Source: Cirrosporium novae-zelandiae (Eukaryota). Taken from it: DNA of 64,000 nucleotides. Positions 11,710-26,200 of this stretch are shown one piece after another. The first letter of the stretch is position 1. Each line of letters starts with the position of its first letter. The stretch spans positions 558,001 to 622,000 of the forward strand of contig JAPETS010000002.1 of NCBI GenBank assembly GCA_026023565.1, in the 5' to 3' direction. The position numbers and the translations under genes were made by a program. The notes beneath the pieces are model-generated. The model did no database searches and was not told the DNA's origin. It saw nothing but the letters and a program-made list of their open reading frames with translations.

Positions 11710-14700
11710 GTGAAAGGTAAAGCTTTGTTTTAACCAAATCGAGGGCGTGTATTTCATGGGCTATAGAGTACAGTGGTTGCTGCAATTGGGATCTAGGAAG
11801 TGGTATGCTGAGTTTTTATATTAGGTTGGTAAACCTTGTTCCACAATGAAAAATTGATTCATTACCCTGTTAAGCATGGTTTCCCACTTACCACTCTCCT
11901 GATTGTCTACAGCCTGCATAGGTTTGTCATAATATGTTTCAGAAACTCTTGTCTAATCAACACTTGATTTGCCTAAAGGCCTGCTGGTCCTTTTATACAC
12001 GGAATGGATATAATTACTAAAAAAGAAAAAGAAAGAAAAAAGGACGGGCATCTACAGAGCTCAAACAAGAAATTACATAACCAACTAGACAACTAACAAA
12101 CAAACAAACAAGAAAAGGGGCTTTATGTTTATGCCGAAATGATCTCCTAGCACGATTGTTGAATATCCCATACCAGCGTTAACAGAAATGGTTATAGGAA
12201 GCTCTTAACACCTCTGAAATTCTACCCCTCTAGGCTAGGAAGCTAAGACAAGCAGGTCACTGGAAGTTGTCATACTATATATAAAGAGAGGTCAGTTAAT
12301 CCTCCATTCCATTCTATTTCCCTTGCGCAAACCAATTCCATGTTTGACATATAATGGCTATCATCGACGCCTCCTCCCCCCTCTAGGCTACGGAAGGATT
12401 GGTTATTATATTATATTTATTTTACTATATCAAAAGGCTTAATACTATCATCTCTATACGCTTGAAAGCTATAGATCGAATGGGCCTCTACATGTTTTGT
12501 ACAAGACTCCAATCATTTAGAATCTTGTGCTAGAAGTTTTGGATCGTTTGTGTGGGGAGGAATTGGTATAGGTTTTTGGTATTGGTGTTGGCGTTATATG
12601 ATAGGGATAGGGGTAGGGACAAAGCGACGAGGGGGGTAATGGGAGAAGGTATATGAGATGGAGGAGAGGTAGGTACTAGCTCCCTTGTGGTGCGATGTAT
12701 AGTTGATTGAACGCAATACAGTTGACAGGAAGCAGAAGTCCTAGTGCTAATTTCTAGGTGATACGCAGCAACGGCGATACAATGGATAGCTAACTTCTAT
12801 CTTTGCTTGTCTATTTCCCTTTCTTGGAGCTGGCAAAAATGAGTACTTCTTCTACCGCACCCCAACTTTTTAAGAGCTGTGTAACAAGAGGTAGTTGTTA
12901 GTTCAAGTCAACCCATCTTTATTACTTATCATCTTATTATTCATTTCTCTCACTCTTCCTCCGTATAGCTTATGTTTAGTTCTCCCCTTTCTTCTTTGTC
13001 ACTGATTGGGATTACTATTAGGATCGCTGTCGTCGGGTATCGACAGTTACCATTAGAAAGCCGCGATGGCAAACGAGCTAACTGTGTAACCACTTTATCT
13101 AATACTGGTGAGGACTATTCATTGACTGCCTCTGGTTGGCCATTCTATTCTTTGTTTCCAGGTTGTACAGCACATGTGCGCGCACACACACAATGAGTTC
13201 ACTGTGCTTTCTTTCTACCCCACCGTCGTGGAACCCATTCAACTCCCTAATGGCGATCCATCGTCGATTTGACACCTCCATCATTTCTTGTTTACCTGAT
13301 TCTTTTCGCCATTATACGACAAGAAACCTATAATCAGGCTCCATCTAGAGAGAAGATAGGCCGGTCACTAGAACAGCAAGTTATTAACACGATCGTCGGT
13401 TCGACCTACTACTGATATGGGTTCTTGATAGTCAAAATACCTATTGCCAACCCGGCTGTATGCGGTCTAGATGCTTGCCGAGACGATATCGCGCTTTCCG
13501 AGTGATGCGACGTTGCCTCGGCGTCTTATGAAAATATCTCCATCACATGGTCCTCTGCAATAGTGAATGCAGATTCCCGGATTCGATTCATGCATATTAT
13601 CAATGTACGTCTATTCACTAATTATCCTACCAGAATCAACATAAATACATGTCTTCAACCCGCTGCCACAAAGGTTCCATCTTACCTTAGAGAGACAACC
13701 TTCCAGAAAACCTTCCTTTCATAAGTGATTTCAGCCCTTGAGCTAAGCCTTGTATCTTTTGTCTAGATTGCTCTTAGGTCCGATTCAATCAGTCAGATAT
13801 TACCTAAAATTCAAGGAGATACCAGTCTTACCAAAATACAACTTTTTCCAACACAGCCTCTTCCAGTACACCTTTATCCCTCCACGATAATTATGGCTGT
13901 CAGTCAGCAATATCCCTATTCAAATCACTAATACGGCTCTTAGTCACGTCAATCATTCAGTACGAAAGATATTCTGTGTTATATATATTCAGCCCCTTTA
14001 TTATCACAGCCTCAAGTGGCTTATAACAACAAATATCCCTCTAGAATCCGTCCCCTCAGATGTTGCAAGCTTTCTTGGATAGGAATAACCAACAAGTTGC
14101 AACCTGCATCAGGTTATGAGCCTAGAGCTATTCCACACTAAAAATGGCTACGAAGACAACTCAATTCCCCTATTTTATTCTAGTACGCTGATTTAAATTC
14201 AATCAAGCGGGAAAGAAGGTCAAGTTAAACCGGCTCTCAGCGCTTTTTTGCAGGCTGCTCGGTACTTCTCAAACGCCGGCTAGTCTACAAAGCAGCCTAC
14301 GTCAGTGAATTATTCAGAAATAACGTCATTTCATCATGGAAGATTACTTCAGAAAGGGCTCGTTTATCAAAGTCTATGGCATCGACAAGCTGTGAAGGGC
14401 GAGTGAAATTTCACAGAATGGGCAGCCAGAATGATGTCCAAACAGGGACACTTCTTCCGCAAGCGTCCACACCCTCTCAGAGGGAAAGGGAAGCTGGAGA
14501 AACCCATTTGCAATCCAAGCCGAAGCTGAAGTGAGATGGATTTTAATTCCTGAATACACGATTCATATGTAGATACATCCTTATCTACATCAACAATAAA
14601 AGCCCAGAAGGCCCCTCCCTAGATTGGTACAGAGGCCGACGTGACCATTATCCAAACAGGATTTAGAAAGCTATGATCCTACTTGAAATTTCAGGTTTAA

Positions 14701-17700
14701 TGCTACCTACACTTCAGGTGTGACCCCCCAAAAATTAGGAAAAGTATCCTTCGATCGTACCTATTAGCTTGGATACATACATGGCCGTTTTTGGTCTTAT
14801 TAAATATCCTTTACAAAAAAGCCCGCAAAGCTTACGAAATTCTTTCAAGCCTACCTACCACACTCATGAAACCTACTGAGCCAGTCGGTCGAGGTAAAAA
14901 AACAAACCTCAAGAATCTCCCACACAACGGGCCTTGGGGGTTTTCATCGTCGGCGACGACTGGGGGATTTGGGGGAGGGGGAGAGGGAGAGGGGGGGTTA
15001 TGATAGACTCTCGTATGGGTACAGTACCGATATGAGAGAGCGCCTATACAAGCACCATCATCTATCTCTAACGGGTGGGTTGTCGGCGTTGGGATATATA
15101 AATCCTGATATCGATTCAGTTTCCACGACACGCGAGCATCGATGTGGGCTTCTTCTTTCAATCTCAAGAATACGATATCGAAATGCCAACTTTCAAAAGT
15201 TTATACATTTATATGTATATACCTACCACCCCCCCTTTTCCCTAAGACGCTTGCTTATATATCCTTCTACTACTGAACTAAACACACATGCATCATCAAC
15301 TCTACTACATACACTCTATTAAGGGAGCCTCTCCCCCCCTTTTTTTTTATCTTGAGTGAGTTTGTTTGTTTTTATTGTTCGTTAGTTTCGTAGGTGGATG
15401 TGGATGTGTGGATGTGTATTTTCTGGCTTGTGGTTTGTGAGTTGAGGGAGCTTTAACGGGTGGAATGGGGGATGGGCTAGTTATATATGTTATGTTATGT
15501 ATGTTGAACTTGAGGGAAGTAATGAGTAATCAATCAGTTAATTATATTATACCATCACCTATCTGTACCTGTGTGCCTACCTACCTTACCTACCTTACCT
15601 ATCTAGATATCCCAACAATCAACATTTAAAAAAAAAAAACCCCCCAAAAAACAGAAAGGGGGGGGGGTTCTTGTACTTTCACTCCATCCCATTCCATCCC
15701 ATTCCATAACTATTCCATCACAGCCCAGCCCAGCCCAGCCCAGCCAAGTTATATCCTATATCCTATCCTATCCTAACACACTAAGGTATCCATCCATCCA
15801 TCCCGCTCAAGTAATTAATTAATTAATTCGGCGGATAATTATCCCAAGAGTGTTTGCTGGCTTGATCAGGTAGGTAGGTAGGTAGGCAAGAGTGTTTGTT
15901 GGCGTTGTTATTGGGTTGTCTGATAATGGATGGGTGAGAGTGAGGGTTGGTGGTTTAAATCTCTTGCTCTCTTGCTTTTTTGTTCTCTTGTTTTCTTGCT
16001 CTTTTGCTCTCTCTTTCTTTTTTTCTCTCTCCCCCTCTTTCCCTGTTGCTACTCTGCTCTGGTTTTATTCTGCTCTGGTTTTATAGTAATGATTGACTGA
16101 TTGATTGACTTGTTGCTTGTGGTGTTTAGAGCTCTCTCTCGCTCTTCTGCTAACTTACCTTTTTCCAACTCCAATAAATTTAATCTTCCCTAACTCTACC
16201 CCAACTCTATCTGTTCTATTCTGGTTCCATAACGAACGACCGACTAACTTGTTGCTTGTACTGTGTGTGGTAAGGATCTCTCGCACACCGAATTCCGATA
16301 TTTGTTGTCCTGTACGAACCGCCACATACACACGCGCCACAATCACACAACAGCGATAATCAGGCAATGGGGACAAACTCGGGATTTCTATGTTTCAAAT
16401 TCGGGGGAGGGAAGGATGGTCGGTTTGGAATTTTCCATAAGTTGAGGAATTCTGTTATTTTCGATGCCAGCAAACTTGTGCCACATCTACGCCAAAACAT
16501 GCGGCGGGCGGGGCTTCCTCCGACTACAATACAGTTTTAGCTACTCTTCACTTGGTTTTCTTTCTCTTAATGTTACATGAACAGGTGTCATCGCAATTTT
16601 TTGGTTTTTTGTCTTTCGATCGTAGATGTACCCCGGTATTTTATGTCGAGAGAATGAAAAAAATGAACAAGTGTTTACGCTTTCTAGCTGTCAACAGGGG
16701 CGTGCATTTACCTCGCAACTTCAACTGGTTCAATTGTCAGACCGACAGATGTATTACTAACCGTTGCTGGGATAAGTAAGCTACTTAACTTTTAAGTATC
16801 CCGAGCTTTGTTCCTTCTTGACGATGTCCAAGCAAGGTTAAGTAGTGGCTTTAGCTATGCAATGACAAGCATTAGCTCATCGGACGAGATACCAGGAGAA
16901 TGACTGGTTTGATTGTTTCCAATAGTGAAGCTTTGAAAGCAATTCCCTTCCTGCTCTGACCTTCCAATCATCTGGCTGTTGGAGCAAGGAAAAACTTCTC
17001 AGGGCGACTTTTGTTGCCATCAAAATCATCCAAGACGTACTCGTTTTTTCCACTCACATGTTGGAGTTATCATCAATTCGCAAGTGAACAACTAATTTGA
17101 TGTCTCCCGGTGGATACCTGGAGCTCCTAAGGTGCATATGTGTACACCTCATAAGATAAAACCTTCTGTCGGTCTGGAGTTTTGAACTCCTGTAACGCAC
17201 TACGCGCCGTGTTATCGGAGTTCATTTCTCCTTGCACCATGGATCTGCATCACAGCTATTCTCCTGCAACCACTTCCTTCAGTCGACTATTTGCTTCAAG
17301 TTTTCGTCCTTTTTCTTCCGGATCGCCGAGCTTTGACAATCCCTGCACAACCTTGTGCTTAGGGCCTAGAGTCTGGATCTCTCCCTTCTGTCAACTTTGT
17401 CGCGTCAGAAATGCCATACATCGCCTTAACATCAAGGCAAGCTGTAGCGAATATGCCTTGAATCATATGTTTCAAACCCTCGAAGAAAGGTGGATGAAAT
17501 ATTTCCAGACCCGTTCTTAGACAGATTCATGTTTCGCTGGTTTGGACCCTACAAGTATATCTCTTCTGTCTGTCCATTATTACCATCAAAGCCTGGGTAT
17601 TGCGACTTTCATAAATTCGACGCCTTGCTTTTTGTTAGGAGGTATTAACCCCCCATAGTGATCGACCTTGGGTTTGGGTGCTATAGATTTGTATATTGGG

Positions 17701-17899
17701 ATAGATTCTAGTTTAGAGCCTAGAGTAATGAACGATATGCCACGGCAACACTTATTTAGCTAGCAGTATCCCCTCTATCAGCCTATAATCCAATAGGATT
17801 ACAGCCAGGTGATGCGACTGAGTATGTCATCCTTAGCACCGGTATGGCTGAGTCTACAATACAACCAGAAAGCTCAGTCGCAGCAACAGCCCACTTACC

Positions 17900-19340
17900 G
17901 GTGCCAACTCTTACCCCAATACCCCGTTTCAAGATCAAGATTCGCTCCTGGCACGTCCATAACAAGCCCTACTATTGAGTCAGACGGTAACCTGATACGT
18001 CGCGGCCACCACGACAGAATACTAACGCAAGGAACGTCGTCTATAAGCCTTATCGACTGCAACGGCCGTTTCTCTCTTTAACAGCGCCTTTCCTCCAGGT
18101 TTTCTGGGTCCGCGATCAGACATTTCGTTATGCCCCACAGGTGACTTTGTTCTTCACCGGTGTTCGGGTGGGGAGAGCCTGGGCGCCGAAAGGGCAGGAA
18201 CGGGTATTAGCGAGCGTGCACTTAGACTTCAGCACTAATAACAATTCCAATTAGACTACATGGTCGCTCCAATCTCCAATCCCAAACCTCTCACAATGAG
18301 GTAGGTATCAGTATCTCGAATGACGCTTCTTAACCCTGCTCCACCCATATTATAGGAAATTCACCATTGTCTCTATTAGCAAAAGGACTCGGCTCCGATG
18401 GTCACTTCGAGTTGAAAAAGCAAGTTTTCCGGCCGCCAAATTTGCCATACTGATCCTAATATTTCTATATCATACCACCAAAACATATCATTTCGTGACC
18501 AGAGCCAAAAATAATCACATAGATTATGCATCAGCGCTTTGTGTCCGCGATTAGAGTGTCGCTGCGGTGAGGAAATGATGGTGCCGGCCAAAAAGATTGA
18601 TACTCCACTTTCCTCAGATGAGTGTCGTCGCTGGGCCAAGAGGTGAAACACCTTCTCGACCAACGCAATCAAAACCGGAAACCAAGCGTAGCATACGGGT
18701 TGAAGCACGTAGCGCTCAAAGGCCCCATCTTCCGAGAAGAGAAATAAATGGGGAAGTATATCATCCTCTTGGAATATAGTCGGGAGTATTCAGCGTGATA
18801 GAGCTTATTCCAGCAGAGGTCTCATAGCGGATACGCACCTAGTCTCGCGACTTCTTTGTAGCCTTTGTTGATAGCTATGACCCAGGGCTGTATTTTCCCA
18901 ATCTCGCTTTTGAGAAACGAAGCCCGGTGATTCTGACGTCGTTCAATGAATCCATATTATTGAATCAAAGCCAGCCCGAGCTTCATGGATGTGTGTTCTC
19001 CTGCTATCCCGGGTCTGAGTCCCCATATCCAAGAGCCCATAGACCCATATCTCGTAGTCAGAGTAAAGGCAAGCCATCAATAACCTACGAGCTCCTCGCC
19101 GTGTCTCTACCCGCCCCTTTTCAGCTTTGAGACTCGGATCTTCAGCCTTCATAGTATCGTTAGGGCAATATCATCGACCACACTGTTAAGCCGAAAGGAG
19201 CATCTTTAGAGACGAAAGGTTCCCTAGACATGAGTATAACCGTTCCGAAAAAGCCCGTAGGACAAGTGTTCGTTTTCATAGTTGATGCACCTTAGATCAG
19301 AAGGCTTCCTCACAAGGTCGAATAATCTGGAAAAATATCC
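17900..19340 (-). pseudogene. Decayed ankyrin-repeat (and possibly HET-domain) gene fragments
   Basis: Minus-strand fragments LLMACLYSDYEI..LLDMG..RTHIHEARAGFDSII (18943..19152) and PWVIAINKGYKEVARL (~18841-18890) resemble ankyrin repeats; LNSRA/WTCQERIL at 17979..17936 resembles the HET-domain RxWTxQE motif with a 5-nt frameshifting insertion. Confidence 0.5.
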
Positions 19341-20718
19341 CCCTCAAATTTGCTGACTTACTTTAGAATGTCGTATCATTTGGGAGCGGCTTGTTAATAT
19401 TAATTAATGTAGGAGTTCAGTGACGCTCCGGGACCTTCATATCTCCGCCTCTTCTGACACTTTGAGAGCCATAGCCACGAATAACTGATAGAGGCCCTGT
19501 CACATGGACTGTTGCAAGATGTGAATCAATTGATAATTTGAAAATCTAAATGAATTATTTGTATGCCGGGATCACAGGAGCACATTTGGGCTTCAAACAC
19601 GCCTATTCGATTGCCAAATGTTCCTCTCGCACGAGGAAAACCTGTGGATGCCATAAAGGCAATGGAACTGAATGTTCTGGTGGTAGTATACTGGCCAGCA
19701 CTAGTTTCTCTCGTGAGGCCTGGGATGCTTTAAGGGATAGTTGAAAGACTCCATAATGTGCAAAGAGCTGGATGTATTGGAAAAGCTCAAAGGCCTGGAA
19801 GTGTATAAACTTATGAAAACCAATCTCTAGAGCTTGTGGTCAATAGTGAAACCATGATATAGAACATATGGAGCCATGGAGGGACCAAAAATTGGCAAAG
19901 AACGTCTTGTGCATGATTCCTTTTCATGCTTCGACCCATTTATGAAGGAGTATGCATATATGAAAATCATAAGGCTATGGTTTAGAAGGAGATACTGTTG
20001 TATACAGTATAGCTGCTATCTCTGATCTACCTAGGTACTCTACTCTTGCTTGGCATTCAGGCTCTGTCGACTGTCGGTGTCCATCAGGGAGTGATCAAGT
20101 ACCTGAACGTACATGACAACAATTCAATTAGCAGTAGGCTAATAGAGCATCCGAGACAAAGGTGCTCGAAATGGAAGAGGAAGCAAATCATCTCGGCCTT
20201 GTATTGGTCTATCCTGTTCAGGCTGTACGTAGGCTTTGGTTCGGCAGAAAGTTTTGATGGTTTGCATTCTCGTGGACCTCTCAAAATCCAGAAAAGGAAT
20301 GGGCCGGTTGTTTGAAGCCCTGCAGGCCCCCAACTGAACCCATTAGCTGTGGGTTCCCACTTCGTCCTCCCACTTTGTTATCTCACTGGATCTTCTTCTG
20401 AATGACTATGCAAGTATGCAAAGAATGAAGATATTTCAATGACTCTTATTTTCATGTGTGAATGAGGCATCGAAAAAGACAACGACAGAGTGAAATCCCT
20501 GTACCTGGATTGGTCGGTGCAACCCATCGGTTGGAAGTTTGGCCCTTTACCGTCTTTACTATTTTTGCCCGCAGAGGGCCTTCTGAACTTTGCTCTTCCG
20601 CACTCTGAACATGGATATAAGGAGCGTGGCCCCGACGATCAGACTTAGATGTCTGGTGTATTCGTCACTACCAAATAATGCTGTTGTGCGTTGATCTCTT
20701 CTCCAGATCGCCCGACCA

Positions 20719-22518
20719 ATGGCGCATTCATTCACCCCATCGCGATCGCGCCGACAATCAATGCCGCATGCGAGACCAGCTTCCAAATACTCAACCCAAA
20801 GACCTGTATCACCGAGACCTGCTACCGCGAGATCTCATCCTCCTCCGAGACCTTCCGCGCATGCCCCAGAGAAAAGATTAATTTTAACATGTGATGGTAC
20901 GGGACTATTTTCATCTCAATGGCAATTGCGATGATTATCTATGATCAAGATGAGAGCTAATCTTAGTAGGCACATGGCTAAACACAGATAATGGCATTGA
21001 AAATGGCCAACTTCTAAATCCTAGTAATGTAGCCCGCATCGGATGGGCCATTAAAGATGAGAGCTCCGACGGTATTCCTCAACTCGTTTATTACCAGGCT
21101 GGCGTGGGAAGCGAAGGTGGTTTTGTCGACCGAGTCGCGGGCGGAATTGCTGCGGTGGGCATCGCGGAAAATATTCGAGAAGCCTACAACTTTCTCGCCA
21201 ATAATTATACAATAGGCGACGAGATATTCCTTATAGGATTCTCTCGAGGCGCTTTTACGGCCCGGAGCGTCGCTTCGTTGATTGGCTGCATCGGTCTGTT
21301 GACGAAGAGAGGGCTACCTTACTTCTCCGAGATATTCAAAGATTTTGAGAACCGCAAGGATCCCAAGTATGAACCTCGATATCCCAATCTACCATTTCCA
21401 AACAAGCCGAATATACAGAACCCCCGCTATACGGCTGAACTAGAAAAGGTATTATATAGGCCCTGGAACAGAATCTTAGAAAATAACTGACTTGACTTAG
21501 CGTGGGATGACTACGCTAAATATACCCATCAAGGCTATTGGCGTATTTGATACCGTCGGATCACTCGGTATACCACGGATCGGTTGGCTTGAAAAGTTTA
21601 GAATCCAGTCTCCGTCCAGACGAGAGTATTCCTTCTATGACACCGTGGTCCATGACTGCATCGAAAATGCATTCCAGGCACTTGCCTTGGATGAACGTCG
21701 CGCATCATTTACGCCCGCTATTTGGGAGAAACCACGAGGGTCAAAAACTGTACGTACTTTTCATGCGCCTTCATTTGGGCAGATAAAGACTAAGTGTTCC
21801 ATAGAACCTCAAGCAAGTGTGGTTTCCTGGGGTTCACTCCAATATCGGCGGCGGATACCCGGACCAAGAAATTGCCAATATAACATTAGCATGGATGATG
21901 ACCCAGCTTGAGCCATTCCTCGATTTCCATGGCGACTACCTATTTCGCCAATATGATGATAATCGTAAATACTACCATCAAAGTGGTATAAAAGCTAAAC
22001 CATGGTCATTTGGTAGGTACTTTGTTTCCTGCCTCTTTTACACTTTCTAACTGTTCTATTCAGGAAAGCTCTATAACTCCCTAACAAGCGTCTATCTCGC
22101 TGGAGGCATGGCTACTAGGACACCTGGTTCATATCATCGTGTCGACCCCGATACCGGAAAAGTCGCATCAAAGTCTCTTCGGAATACGAATGAATACATT
22201 CATTCGTCTGTCCGCTCACGTACTCAACTCAAGGGTCCTGGCCTAGAGGATCGTGGGGATTATGAAAGCAAAGCTTTGAAAGATTGGCGTCTTGTGAAAG
22301 ATCATGAAGGTGACACAGTACCTCAGCCACTTTATTTATGGAGAGCACCAAATCGAAGAAAAGTTATACCAGAAAGTGCTTTGAAGGGATCAGAAAGGAT
22401 ATTGCTAGAGATGGACCCTGATGTGGAAGACTGTGTAATGGAGTACGGAGGAGGGCCAAAGAAGAAATCAAAGTCAAGAAGGTCTTCGAGGGTTTCAAAA
22501 CTGTCGGTGAAGGTTTGA
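20719..22518 (+). CDS. DUF2235 / Tle1-like alpha/beta-hydrolase (putative phospholipase)
   Basis: KRLILTCDG|TW, SNV, YQAGVG, GFSRGAFTARS, GVFDTVGSLG, ALALDERR, WFPGVHSNIGGG; introns 20897..20969, ~21449..21500, ~21750..21803, ~22013..22063. Confidence 0.9.
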
Positions 22519-23283
22519 TTGTGCACGAGATGCATCTTCTGGCGTTTTGTTTTATAATAGCGTATATACCCTTCTATAGCATTTCTCTGGCGTCTTAATT
22601 CATATTGCTTTGTCTAATTGTTCTATAATCGATAGTATGGAAAGTGTTTATTCCTGTTTAATACTAAGCGAAAAGGATTGTATATACAGTATATGACTCT
22701 AGAAGCTTTGGAAGTTAGACCCCTCAAAACCTCAGGACCTCAGTCTCCCCAGAAAAAGCCGATATAAAAATATACAACTGTATTTGAGATTCTGGTGCTA
22801 CTGGATTGCTCATGCCGTGTATGTACATGTACAGTACAGTACATTAGCGTTGAGGCTCCAATAAACAGCTTAATGTAAGCTCCCGAAAGCTCGGACCATT
22901 ACCGAAGGCTACCTTCCGTCATCTAAAGATTTAGGATGGCGACCCCAGGGAGTGATATGATAAAAGAGCCCTTTTTCGGCCCTACTCAACAAACACTAGC
23001 TCACACCCTTTTTTCGTTCCCTTAATACCGTCTTGATAAACTACTTCGAGGGATGCATCCGACTTCATAATCCAATCAGTGGTTGATAACGCACCTCGCA
23101 AGTGAGTAATCTTCCTAAGAACTACTGAGTAGAATAATCATTGAGCCTTTCCAAAGCAGTGATATATCCGATTTGACATACTTTACCTTTTGTTAGAGTG
23201 AATCATCCCACGGGAGGTTTTTTACGAGATTTCTGCAGCGACGCCTTTGGAAGCTTCGGTTACATTACATATAATCTCCCATC

Positions 23284-26200
23284 ATGTTCCAGTCATTTAC
23301 GGGCAGCTCACGTCGTCCCCGTCAGGTAAACCTTTCAGGCCGGAAACCAAACCCTTTTGCAGCATCTCCAAGTTCAAAGACTACCCTTGCTCAAGCACAA
23401 CAAGAACGCCTTCATAGACAACAGGAGAGGGAACGTTTGAATTCAACTAAACAGCTACAACGTGTATGGAGAGGTTCGCAGTGTCGGGGACAAGTAAGAG
23501 AGGAATGGAGAAGAAAATGGGATAAACAAGAAGAAACAAGAAGTGGAAATGAACCAAGGTCATATCAAACAAGGGAAGATTGCGAGGCCTCCCTTCGGCT
23601 GCTGTTGCTGTTCTTTAAAAAGCAGTCTCCAGATGATCTTCGACGTCTGCGCTGGTTTTTGAGTTCAGCCTCGAAAACATCAGGGATTCTTGAGTCTGTG
23701 GAGAATGCGACTGCTATTCTATGGCTACGGTTGGCGAAGCTTGCTTTGGAGGTTCTCAAAACCGAAACAGATACTGATGTCCCATTTACTGAACTCCTCC
23801 TTTTTCTCATTGGCATGTCGAACCAAATTCCCAAACAGCTGGCTCTATACTCAGAAGATTACTACAGTGCAATGGCACACATGCTACATCAGCTGAACCA
23901 TTCTTCCGACCAGAATGCCACTAATATCGTTTTTAAATGTGTGCTGGCTTTGTTAGAGTCTATCACAGCCAATACATTTCTTGCATATGAGGGCTTTGCG
24001 CAGAAACTACTCACCAGGCCCGACTTAGCAAATAATCCTATACAACTAGAAGAACTGGCTGCTGGTCTGAACTACAAGATACTCGCTAGCGCCACTGCAT
24101 CCCTCCTAAGGTCTGGCTCCACAGCGCTTTTAACCTACTTCCCGAATGAAGATAGCCGTTTGTGGCTCCTTTCTTACTGTGTCTATTTCCACAATCATGC
24201 TTATAGGGGGTCGGGCGCCACAAGAAAGGTGGAACCCGATCAGCTTGCAGTTATTTCGTTACTGTTGAGTTCAGTCGCCGATACGATTGTTACTCGGATG
24301 AGACTTGCCGGAGGTCTTGAAAGTCAGATGCGCATGTCACAATCTGTGCGAAGTAAGCCTGTTGACCCATTACCGGAATTTGTCAAGAACCAAGTCGGGT
24401 CTTTGATTGATAAAGATAGCATCACCAGCCTATTGTCCCAATTAGGTTGTGCGGGTCTTCCGGGTGCAGGTGTCAACGCTGAGGACGACCAAACCAGCGA
24501 AGAACCAAAGCTGCTCGCCAGCTATGCGCTTACCCTTCTTAGGGTTTTCCCGAAACGGGCTGATGACTTGCGGCTATGGCTCTTCATGAGTTCTACATCA
24601 TCTGAAGCGTCATTATCGAATAGTAACCAATCAAGATTACCAGCAGTCAAATACTTCAGTAAGGCCATACAAAAAACTCACGTATATCAAGCCATCAAAA
24701 GGGATTCTCGGAAAGCCATTGAACTACTCAAGCATGATAATCCTCCGGAGCAACAACACACCGAGGACCGTAACATGGAGCGACGAGATCAGGACTGGCA
24801 AATAATTATTTTATTTCTAGAACTTTACACATTTGTCTTGAGACTAACTGATGACGAGGAGTTCTTTTCACCAGCAGTGCCTCAGACCTTTCCTACCACT
24901 AGTGCTCGAATATCTCGAACCAGAGAAAGTGCTTTACCCCTTGAGGATGTCAAGGGTCTCACAATCTTCCTCAAAAACTTAGCTTTCACGTTGTATTGGA
25001 ATTCTTCGGACATTTTAGGAGACGAGGAGATTAAGGAATCGAATAGCCTTGGAAGCTACTTTTCCATGTCCACCGAACCGCAAGTCCACCAGGAGGAATC
25101 CCAGCCTCGACCGCATCTTAAGATCATAGCGGGGATTGTAGGCATGAGCCTTGATTACCTGAAAGGACTCGTCACTGGTCTGCTCCGAGCTATATATGAA
25201 CGAGATTCTCGCCGCCGCTTTTTACCCGAAGATCACTGGCTCATGACATCTCGTTTTGACATGGAAGGCTTCATTCCCCGGGTAGTTGAGGAGGAGGAAA
25301 ACACGCACCAGATTCATGAAGCGGATGATGAAGAGCCAGATTATTATGATGATAGCGATGAAGACGAGCAGGATACAGAAATTGAATTTGTTGGAACTGG
25401 ACGAATTCAGCAAATCAGACAGAATGAAAGACTACAACGAAAGCAACGGAGAGATTCGAGAAAAAGGTATCTTCAAGCAGTTGCGCCAAGATTAGAGATA
25501 CTTCAAAACATGCCGTTTTTTATTCCTTTTGCTACTCGGGTTGAAATTTTCCGTGAATTTGTGACTCTGGATCAACTCCGTCGGCGAGGCGGTACTCTAG
25601 ATCCCGATCAATGGCGTATGTCTGTTATGCATGGCCCTCCTGGCCGTACTCCCTATAACGTCCTTGATAAGCATCATGCCAAGATTAGAAGAGGAAGCGT
25701 TTTTGAAGACGCCTTTGAGCAATTTTATTCATTGGGTGAAGAGTTAAAGGAGCCTATTCAGATCTCCTTCGTGGACAAGTTTGATACACTTGAAGCTGGT
25801 ATTGATGGGGGAGGTGTTACAAAGGAATTTCTTACGAGTGTGACCAGCGAAGCCTTTAACCCTTCTAGTGGGTTGACATTTTTCATCGAGAACGACCAGA
25901 ATCTATTATATCCCAACCCTACTGCCATTGATCAACGGAAAGAGTTGCTGCGAGACGTAGGTATCCAAGAAGGTACCCCAAGCTGGAATGAGGAGATAAG
26001 AAACCTACTAAAAAGATATGAGTTCCTTGGTCGAATCATTGGAAAATGCCTCTACGAAGGAATCCTAGTGGATTTACACTTCGCTGGGTTCTTCCTACTT
26101 AAATGGTCTTTAACTGGTGGCTCCGGATCAGCCTCGAAGGAATCTGGATATCGCGCAAATCTCAACGACTTGAGGGAACTTGACAAAGGTCTTTATCAAG

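Noticed and set aside
13390..13415. GGTTCGA T-loop-like motif (also at 1862)
   Set aside because: No cloverleaf stems or A-box, so not a tRNA
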